Positions 41,397-47,743 of a stretch of 64,000 bases of DNA are shown here, piece by piece; positions within the stretch are counted from its first letter, which is position 1; each line of letters begins with the position of its first letter. The notes beneath the pieces were generated by a model, which searched no databases, was not told the origin of the DNA, and saw only the letters and a list, made by a program, of their open reading frames with translations. Source of the DNA: a virus; the IMG/VR virus record IMGVR_UViG_3300045988_126140, positions 1 to 64,000 of that record; one strand, written 5' to 3'. A program made the position numbers and the translations under genes.

Positions 41397-42149
41397 ATGA
41401 ATTTAAAAGTAGGAGATAAAGTTAAAATAAAAGAAGATTTGAGTGAATGTGAATTTGGATATTGTGGTTATATGGAAGAGTTTGCAGGTAAAGAGACAAC
41501 TGTAATAAGTACTTTTGGTAAAGGTGTGATAAAGTTAGATATAGATGAACAAGTCTGGGATTGGTCAGAAAATGTATTAGAATTAATAGAGGAAGGAAAA
41601 ACAATGAAAATGAAAAGAATAGATTATATATTAAATGCCAAAGATAACATGCAAGCAATATTAGATGAAACAGTGTTAGATTGTGATATATGCCCAGTTG
41701 ACAGTGGGGTTTGTAATGGTGATTGCGAATTTTATTATAAAGAATATCTAAATGAAGAAATAGAAGTTGATAAATCCAAACTGAAATTAGTTGAAGAAAA
41801 CATAGAAGTTGAAACAGTGGAATGTGATAAAGAAGTTGTTAATAACCCAGTTAATCCATTTATAGAAGAATATAAAAAGATAGTAACTGAAACAATGAAT
41901 TTATGTGAAAAGAAAAATAAAGATTATGGAAATGCAACAGATGAATCATTCAAACAATTTGGTGATGTAAGTTATCAAGTAAGATGCTTTGACAAATGGA
42001 GTAGGATAAATACATTATTGAAGAATGGAAAAGCTGAAGTTTCTGAATCATTAGAAGATAGTTTACTGGATTTAAGTAATTACTTATTCCTTTGGGTTAC
42101 AAGTAGAAGATTAAAAGAAAAAGGTGATACTATATGCCAGGAAAAATAA
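41397..42149 (+). CDS. SH3-like N-terminal module fused to a DUF1599/MazG-like all-alpha domain
   Basis: C-terminal KKNKDYGNATDESFKQFG..VRCFDKWSRI..EDSLLDLSNYLFLW matches the DUF1599 pattern. The N-terminal KVGDKVKIKEDL.. is homologous to the N-terminus of the 43434 gene. Confidence 0.55.
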   Translation: MNLKVGDKVKIKEDLSECEFGYCGYMEEFAGKETTVISTFGKGVIKLDIDEQVWDWSENVLELIEEGKTMKMKRIDYILNAKDNMQAILDETVLDCDICPVDSGVCNGDCEFYYKEYLNEEIEVDKSKLKLVEENIEVETVECDKEVVNNPVNPFIEEYKKIVTETMNLCEKKNKDYGNATDESFKQFGDVSYQVRCFDKWSRINTLLKNGKAEVSESLEDSLLDLSNYLFLWVTSRRLKEKGDTICQEK

Positions 42150-42916
42150 ACAGAAAAGGGGAAGAAAATATAAATACTTTTGGTAGTAAAATGGTTATAG
42201 TAGAATATAGAAAGGCTATGGACATGGATGTATATTTTCCCGAATACAATTGGACATCTAATCATAAACAATATGGTAATTTTAAAAAAGGCAATATCAA
42301 ATGTCCATATGATAGAAGTGTCTATGGAGTAGGTTATATTGGTGAAGGAAAATATAAGGTAAAAGAAAACGATGAGGTCACCAGAGCTTATAAGACTTGG
42401 AATCATATGATGGAAAGATGTTATGATGAAAAACTTCATAAAAAACACCCAACTTATAAGAATTGTAAAGTTAGTGAAAAATGGCATAACTTTCAAAACT
42501 TTACTGAGTGGTATGAAGATAACTATTATGAAGTTGATGATGAAACAATGTGTTTAGATAAAGATATATTAATTAAAGGTAATAAGATATATTCACCAGA
42601 AACTTGCATTTTTGTACCAAATACAATTAATGTATTATTTACCAAGAGAGATAGTAAGAGAGGAGAAACATGTATAGGTACAAGTTATCATAAAAGATAT
42701 AAAGTATATGAAGCTAATTGTCATTTAATAAACCCTAAAACTGGAAAATCTAAAAATAAATATTTAGGGAGATATAACACAGAACTAGAAGCGTTTGAAG
42801 TGTATAAATATTATAAAGAAAAGAATATTAAGGAAGTGGCAGATTACTTTAAAAAAGAAATACCAGACGAATTATATCAATCATTACATGATTACATAGT
42901 TGAAATTACAGATTAA
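42134..42916 (+). CDS. HNH/AP2-type homing-endonuclease-like protein (copy 8)
   Basis: Family signature. The start overlaps the upstream gene. This is the only copy without a 15-mer after its stop. Confidence 0.8.
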   Translation: MPGKINRKGEENINTFGSKMVIVEYRKAMDMDVYFPEYNWTSNHKQYGNFKKGNIKCPYDRSVYGVGYIGEGKYKVKENDEVTRAYKTWNHMMERCYDEKLHKKHPTYKNCKVSEKWHNFQNFTEWYEDNYYEVDDETMCLDKDILIKGNKIYSPETCIFVPNTINVLFTKRDSKRGETCIGTSYHKRYKVYEANCHLINPKTGKSKNKYLGRYNTELEAFEVYKYYKEKNIKEVADYFKKEIPDELYQSLHDYIVEITD

Positions 42917-42936
42917 AATATATCTAAAGAAAGGAG

Positions 42937-43434
42937 GTGATTATTATTTTATTATCTTTAGACGCAAGTATAGCTAGTACAGGATATGCTATATTTGATA
43001 AAGAAAAATTAATAATATATGGTAAAATTGTTACTAAAAAGAAAGATTTTAAAACCGAAGATTTAAGAATAAATCATATATGTGATGAAATAAAGCAACT
43101 AATAATTGAATATAATATAGATAAAATAATTGTAGAAGACCAATTTACTGGTGTTAATCAATCAACAATACTGTTATTAAGAAAGTTAATAGGAGCTATT
43201 TTGAGGACGGCTAATGAATTCAACATATCATTATCGTACTATTATCCTGCACAGTGGAGAAAAATCATAGGAATTAATAGTGGGAAAAGTATAGATAAAA
43301 AAGAGAAGGCGTATAGATTTTTAGTTAATAATAACATTATAGATTTTGAATTTATACCAAAGGGAGTTCAAAAGAATGATGATATTATTGATGCGATATG
43401 TATAGGTATAGCATATATGAAAGGAGAGATGTAA
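42937..43434 (+). CDS. RuvC-like Holliday junction resolvase (phage type)
   Basis: LSLDASIASTGYAIFD (Asp1), IVEDQF (Glu), DDIIDAICIG (C-terminal Asp pair). No canonical start codon lies downstream of the SD. Confidence 0.7.
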   Translation: MIIILLSLDASIASTGYAIFDKEKLIIYGKIVTKKKDFKTEDLRINHICDEIKQLIIEYNIDKIIVEDQFTGVNQSTILLLRKLIGAILRTANEFNISLSYYYPAQWRKIIGINSGKSIDKKEKAYRFLVNNNIIDFEFIPKGVQKNDDIIDAICIGIAYMKGEM

Positions 43435-44174
43435 TGAGTAAATTTAAGATTGGTGATAAAGTGAGAATAAGAGAAGATTTAAATGAATATAATTTCCATG
43501 ATATAATACCAGAAATGTTAAAATATGCAGGGAAGGAATTTGAAATAATAGATATACGTTATAATGCTATCTTTGGCGAATGTTATGTGTTAAACGATGT
43601 TAATTATTTTTGGTATGGAGATGCGTTAGAATTAGTAAATGAATCAGAAATTAAAATATTAGGTGTCGATTATACAACAAGCACATTAAAAATAGAGGAA
43701 AGTGTCTCACAAAAAGTAAGGGGATTTGAAATTGTGTCTGATGAATTTAGAAAACATCCAGACGTAGATATACAATTGCCTAAACGTGGAACTAAAAAAT
43801 CAGCAGGATATGATATATGTACTCCTATAGATATAATTATCCCTCCTAATGGTATATCTGATGCAATTCAAACTGATTTAAAAGCATATATGTTAGAAGA
43901 CGAAGTATTAGAAATAGTACCAAGAAGTAGTATAGGATTTAAAAAAGGATTGATGTTGATTAATACTGTAGGAATAATAGATTCAGATTATTATAGCAAC
44001 CCAGATAACGATGGTAATATAGGATTTAAATTTAAAAATTTAACAGATAAAACAGTAGAAATAAAAGCTGGAGAAAGAATATTACAAGGGATATTTAAAA
44101 AATATTTAACAACAGATTATGACGATTGTGATATTGAGAGAATGGGCGGAATAGGAAGTACGGGGATTGAATAA
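43434..44174 (+). CDS. dut: dUTPase with a ~90-aa SH3-like N-terminal extension
   Basis: dUTPase motifs AGYDI, PRSS, GIIDSDY, ERILQ and RMGGIGSTG. ATG 43434 overlaps the ruvC stop (TAATG). Confidence 0.85.
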   Translation: MSKFKIGDKVRIREDLNEYNFHDIIPEMLKYAGKEFEIIDIRYNAIFGECYVLNDVNYFWYGDALELVNESEIKILGVDYTTSTLKIEESVSQKVRGFEIVSDEFRKHPDVDIQLPKRGTKKSAGYDICTPIDIIIPPNGISDAIQTDLKAYMLEDEVLEIVPRSSIGFKKGLMLINTVGIIDSDYYSNPDNDGNIGFKFKNLTDKTVEIKAGERILQGIFKKYLTTDYDDCDIERMGGIGSTGIE

Positions 44175-44189
44175 AAAATAATTAATAAA
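44175..44189 (+). repeat. 15-mer (exact)
   Basis: After the dut stop. Followed by C11. Confidence 0.95.
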
Positions 44190-44199
44190 ATTTTTATCG

Positions 44200-44231
44200 G
44201 ATAGGTAATTTTAGTTGCTTATCCGATAATA
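44200..44231 (+). promoter_or_regulatory. phage-specific promoter C11 (weaker: GATAGGTAATTT-N12-CGATAATA)
   Basis: Upstream box 11/12 and downstream box 6/8 at the correct spacing. Embedded in the inverted repeat ATCGGATAGG..CTTATCCGAT. Confidence 0.45.
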
Positions 44232-44257
44232 TATAAGTGTAGAAAGGACGTGATAAA

Positions 44258-44434
44258 ATGAACAGATATGATATATTACATGAATTAACATTAGAACAAT
44301 TAGCCGAAGTATTGGGCAAATATAAATTATGTAATATATGTAAATACCAATCAGATAATAAATGTCTAAGTATTTCACATAAAGAAAGTAATTGTTATGA
44401 AGGTATAGAACTATTTTTAAGAGAGGAGATATAG
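44258..44434 (+). CDS. hypothetical 58-aa Cys-motif protein
   Basis: Follows promoter-like 44200-44231. Contains CNICKYQSDNKC..C. Confidence 0.5.
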   Translation: MNRYDILHELTLEQLAEVLGKYKLCNICKYQSDNKCLSISHKESNCYEGIELFLREEI

Positions 44435-44436
44435 AT

Positions 44437-44664
44437 ATGAAAATAGGAGATAAGGTTAAATTAATAATAACTGAAAGTGAATTGGATAAAATATTAAAAG
44501 ATAACAAAGATTTGGAAAATGAAATCATGGAATGTTACAATGTAAAGATAGGAATAATAGTTGATAAATTTTTACCAAGTAAATTCATTTCAGAAAATTA
44601 TTATTGTTTAGATACAAATGACAATGTGGCTTGGAAAGAGAGTGAATTAGAATTAATAGATTAG
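44437..44664 (+). CDS. hypothetical protein (75 aa)
   Basis: GAGAGGAGAT SD. N-terminal MKIGDKVK resembles the 41397/43434 module start. Confidence 0.65.
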   Translation: MKIGDKVKLIITESELDKILKDNKDLENEIMECYNVKIGIIVDKFLPSKFISENYYCLDTNDNVAWKESELELID

Positions 44665-44674
44665 GAGGTATGAT

Positions 44675-44824
44675 ATGCTTGTGTTAACTCTAGTTTTAAT
44701 GGGGCTTTTGATTGGAATAATATTCAGTTGTTTAGGTTATACCGTAGATTTACCAACGTATATTTTTACTTGTGTGAGTTGGTTTATAGGTACACTTATA
44801 GTTGAATGGTGGGATAAGAAATGA
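44675..44824 (+). CDS. 49-aa membrane peptide
   Basis: TAGGAGGT SD. Two TM-like segments. ATGA-coupled to the next ORF. Confidence 0.5.
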   Translation: MLVLTLVLMGLLIGIIFSCLGYTVDLPTYIFTCVSWFIGTLIVEWWDKK

Positions 44825-44976
44825 AACTTTTAATTAATTTTATATTATTAATTATACTTAGTTATGTTTTAGAAGAATCTTTTAAATTAGTAAAACCATA
44901 CAAACATATAATGATTGCAACCATTATTTTCTTTGCTATATTAATATTTTTTAATAGTTTTGATTTATTATTTTAG
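44821..44976 (+). CDS. 51-aa membrane peptide
   Basis: ATGA overlap with the previous ORF. Two TM-like segments. Confidence 0.5.
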   Translation: MKLLINFILLIILSYVLEESFKLVKPYKHIMIATIIFFAILIFFNSFDLLF

Positions 44977-44988
44977 GGAGGATATATT

Positions 44989-45309
44989 ATGAAAATGAAT
45001 AAAAAACAATTAAAACAGTTTGATGCTTATGTAGAAGAACTAGGAAGAGGACTTAAAAATACAATATTATGGGAGTCAAGTGATAAATATTTAAGACAAC
45101 AATGCGAATTTAAATACGATTCATTTTTAGTAAATTATATTGAACGTTATATGGATATTCAATATGAAGACATAAAAAACGATATGAAATTAAAATCAAG
45201 ATTTGATAAAATTTTATTTCCAGTATTAAAAGATATGAGAGAAGAGTTAAAAGTTGAACACGAAGAAAGAATAAAGGAAGAAAGAAAAAGAAATGAAAAA
45301 AGGACATAA
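44989..45309 (+). CDS. hypothetical protein (106 aa), last gene of the + strand block
   Basis: AGGGAGGA SD. Followed by the bidirectional terminator. Confidence 0.7.
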   Translation: MKMNKKQLKQFDAYVEELGRGLKNTILWESSDKYLRQQCEFKYDSFLVNYIERYMDIQYEDIKNDMKLKSRFDKILFPVLKDMREELKVEHEERIKEERKRNEKRT

Positions 45310-45325
45310 AAGAAAGAAATAGTCC

Positions 45326-45390
45326 AAAAAATAAAAAAGTTGGGATAGATGTTAATTTAAAACACCTATCCCTTTATTTATGTTTATTTT
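45326..45390. terminator. bidirectional terminator between the convergent early (+) and late (-) blocks
   Basis: Stem GGGATAGATGTT/AACACCTATCCC (1 mismatch) at 45342-45372. An A-run lies upstream and TTTATTTATGTTTATTTT lies downstream. Confidence 0.7.
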
Positions 45391-45473
45391 ACAGGTATAA
45401 ATACCTTATGAAGAAATTTCAAACGCCTTAGAATCGATTTTACAGCGTCATTATTTCTGCAATACTCGGAAAT

Positions 45474-46388
45474 TTATATAATTTCTAAATATTTTTTATT
45501 GACAAACCCATAATCTGTATTTGTATAAACAGATACCCATCCATTCAATGAATATCCTATAGTTACAATTTCACCTTTCTTTAATACAAATTTAACTTTA
45601 CCTAAATTGCCATTTGAATCTGGTCTAGTTGCTCTAACATTTAAAGTTGTGCATCCGATTACTCTTGCTTGAACATTATAAGCTTTCTTATCTTCTATTG
45701 TTTTATTGGCAACTGTAGTTTCATTTGAAGTTTTTACTTCTTCTCCATATTTATATGCTTTTAATAATGGATAGAAATTATTTTCAAATGCTTTTTTAGT
45801 ATTTCCAAATCCCATAAAATTAGTACCAGGGCATGACTTACGACTCTTACCAGGATAATAATTCCACAAACAAGTACCACCAGAAGTAAACCATGCATGA
45901 GGTCTTATATAAGTAGAACTTATAGGTATATTAAATTTTTTAGCTAGTAAAGCATATACAAATATAACAGCTTTTTTTTGTTCTTTTGTCATTATATCTT
46001 GCCCTTTATCAAAATTACCATATATTTCCACACATATTGCATTTGTATTCCATCCTGCTATACCTATAGGTGTACTATTTAAGTTTCTACCAGTTGTTAT
46101 ATTGCCATTAGGAAATATATTGAAATGTTGTGCTATATAATGACCATGTCTATCTGGGCTATTCCAAGTAACTTTACCATAAGAGTCTAAAGATTTTGTT
46201 CTCCCTAATTCTCTATTATTACCATACACTCTTTTATCCGTATTATTCCAAGTCGAATAATCAGGTAATCCCATATGGTGAACTTGTAATCTGGTTATTT
46301 TTCTAGTTGGATGTTGTTTATCTAACCATTCTTTGAATTCTTTTTCAGTTTCTAATAATGTGAATCCATTTTGTGTTTTCATTATCAA
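45474..46388 (-). CDS. endolysin: N-acetylmuramoyl-L-alanine amidase (Amidase_2/PGRP) plus a C-terminal SH3 domain
   Basis: VHHMG, AQHFNIFPNGNITTGR, NAICVEIYGNF, RPHAWF..KSCPGTNF. C-terminal LNVRATRP..GWVSVY is an SH3b pattern. Confidence 0.85.
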   Translation of the reverse strand: MIMKTQNGFTLLETEKEFKEWLDKQHPTRKITRLQVHHMGLPDYSTWNNTDKRVYGNNRELGRTKSLDSYGKVTWNSPDRHGHYIAQHFNIFPNGNITTGRNLNSTPIGIAGWNTNAICVEIYGNFDKGQDIMTKEQKKAVIFVYALLAKKFNIPISSTYIRPHAWFTSGGTCLWNYYPGKSRKSCPGTNFMGFGNTKKAFENNFYPLLKAYKYGEEVKTSNETTVANKTIEDKKAYNVQARVIGCTTLNVRATRPDSNGNLGKVKFVLKKGEIVTIGYSLNGWVSVYTNTDYGFVNKKYLEII

Positions 46389-46400
46389 TCAACTCCTTTA

Positions 46401-46439
46401 TAAAATAAAAAAAGAGTAGACAAATTAACATCTACTCTT
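46401..46439 (-). terminator. intrinsic terminator-like hairpin between holin and endolysin
   Basis: On the - strand: AAGAGTAGA, a 10-nt loop, TCTACTCTT, then TTTTTTATTTTAT, followed by AAGGAG and the endolysin ATG. Confidence 0.55.
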
Positions 46440-46448
46440 TAGTAATAA

Positions 46449-46715
46449 TTATTTTTCGTCTTTATTAATTAAATTTCTATAAGCTTCATACAATCCTGTA
46501 CTTGCTAATCCTGTAATTAAACCACTTAAAATTACATTAAAATCATAACTTTGAGCATTAACTATTGCAACAAGCATACCTACAATTCCCATAATTAAAG
46601 GTATATATTTATTTGGTATTTTAGGTATTGAAGTTTTAATTATATACCCAATTGCTAAACAAAATAACATCACACCACCATTTATTAAACTCATGTATAA
46701 ATCTAAATCAATCAT
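46449..46715 (-). CDS. holin (88 aa, multi-TM)
   Basis: Three hydrophobic segments, GLASTGLYEAYRN, and a charged C-terminal tail. Immediately upstream of the endolysin. Confidence 0.7.
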   Translation of the reverse strand: MIDLDLYMSLINGGVMLFCLAIGYIIKTSIPKIPNKYIPLIMGIVGMLVAIVNAQSYDFNVILSGLITGLASTGLYEAYRNLINKDEK

Positions 46716-47017
46716 TATTTTTCACCTTCTCTTTCATGTTGTTTTATATCTCTAATATCCAATTTTAAATCATCCATATCATGTTTTAAATCGTCAATTT
46801 TAACATTTGTATCTCTTACTTCATTACTTATTCCTTTTATGGTCAATGAGAATTCATTTACAGTTTTATGAAATTCTTCTACTGAAGTTTTATATAAGTC
46901 TCTATTTTGATTAGCCTCGTTTAAAACTTGTTGTATTAAAATCCATACTAATATTACAAAAACACCCATTGCACCATAATTACTTAACACCTCCAATAAA
47001 TCCATTATTAGCACCAC
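46715..47017 (-). CDS. lysis-cassette membrane/coiled-coil protein (XhlA-like position)
   Basis: N-terminal TM segment (AMGVFVILVWILI) followed by a coiled coil. ATGA-coupled to the holin. Confidence 0.5.
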   Translation of the reverse strand: MVLIMDLLEVLSNYGAMGVFVILVWILIQQVLNEANQNRDLYKTSVEEFHKTVNEFSLTIKGISNEVRDTNVKIDDLKHDMDDLKLDIRDIKQHEREGEK

Positions 47018-47037
47018 CTTTCTTTATTAATTATTTA

Positions 47038-47733
47038 TTATAAGGCTATAGTTATTTCAATATATGGTCGAGTACTACCCGTACCACTAAAATATCCATA
47101 ATCTGTAACTGCGAATCCAGTTGGTGCTAATAGTCTAAAACCATCAATAGTACCATTTTGGATAGATTGTATTGCTGTGCTATTTAGTGTTAATGTTAAA
47201 GTTCCTCCTTTATTAAAATGAGTACTGCTACAATATTGAGTAGAATTAACATTACTCATTGAAAAACTTGTCGGTCTGTAAGTGCTCATATTAGTTGCTC
47301 CACTTATTATAGTGTTTAATCCTGCATAATAATACGAATGTAAATTAGTTAATTTTAATTTTACGCTTGTTATTGTTCCTAGCTGTCTAGCTTGTTCAAA
47401 TAAACTTTTAAAACATATTATTCCTAAATAATTAAAATTAGGATAATAACCTTGATATATTCTATCTCTTCTATCGTCATTGAAATTATCAGTAAATGTT
47501 CCAGTTGTACTAGAGCCACGATAACTTCCACTCCAATCAGCATAACCTTTTACAATATATGGTGAAGATGGAGTTGAACCTCCACCTCCAGAAGAGCCAT
47601 TGCCTAAATCTATTCTTTCCATACCATTAGAAGTTTTTTTATAAACAGGACAAATTTCCATACCATTAGAAGTTTTTCTATAGATAAGTATGTTATTTAA
47701 TGAACCATTTTTATTGATGTATATACCACTCAT
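47038..47733 (-). CDS. tail fibre-associated structural protein (231 aa)
   Basis: In-frame duplicated KTSNGME segment. A Gly/Ser linker GSSGGGGSTPSSPYIV is shared with the neighbouring 759-aa fibre. Confidence 0.5.
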   Translation of the reverse strand: MSGIYINKNGSLNNILIYRKTSNGMEICPVYKKTSNGMERIDLGNGSSGGGGSTPSSPYIVKGYADWSGSYRGSSTTGTFTDNFNDDRRDRIYQGYYPNFNYLGIICFKSLFEQARQLGTITSVKLKLTNLHSYYYAGLNTIISGATNMSTYRPTSFSMSNVNSTQYCSSTHFNKGGTLTLTLNSTAIQSIQNGTIDGFRLLAPTGFAVTDYGYFSGTGSTRPYIEITIAL

Positions 47734-47743
47734 AAAATCCCTC

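Noticed and set aside
5069-44231. Regularly recurring ~60-nt conserved units could be mistaken for a CRISPR-like or other repeat array.
   Set aside because: The units are kilobases apart, each precedes a gene, and each has promoter-like architecture (fixed 12-nt spacer, extended -10 box, SD). There are no short unique spacers and no cas genes.
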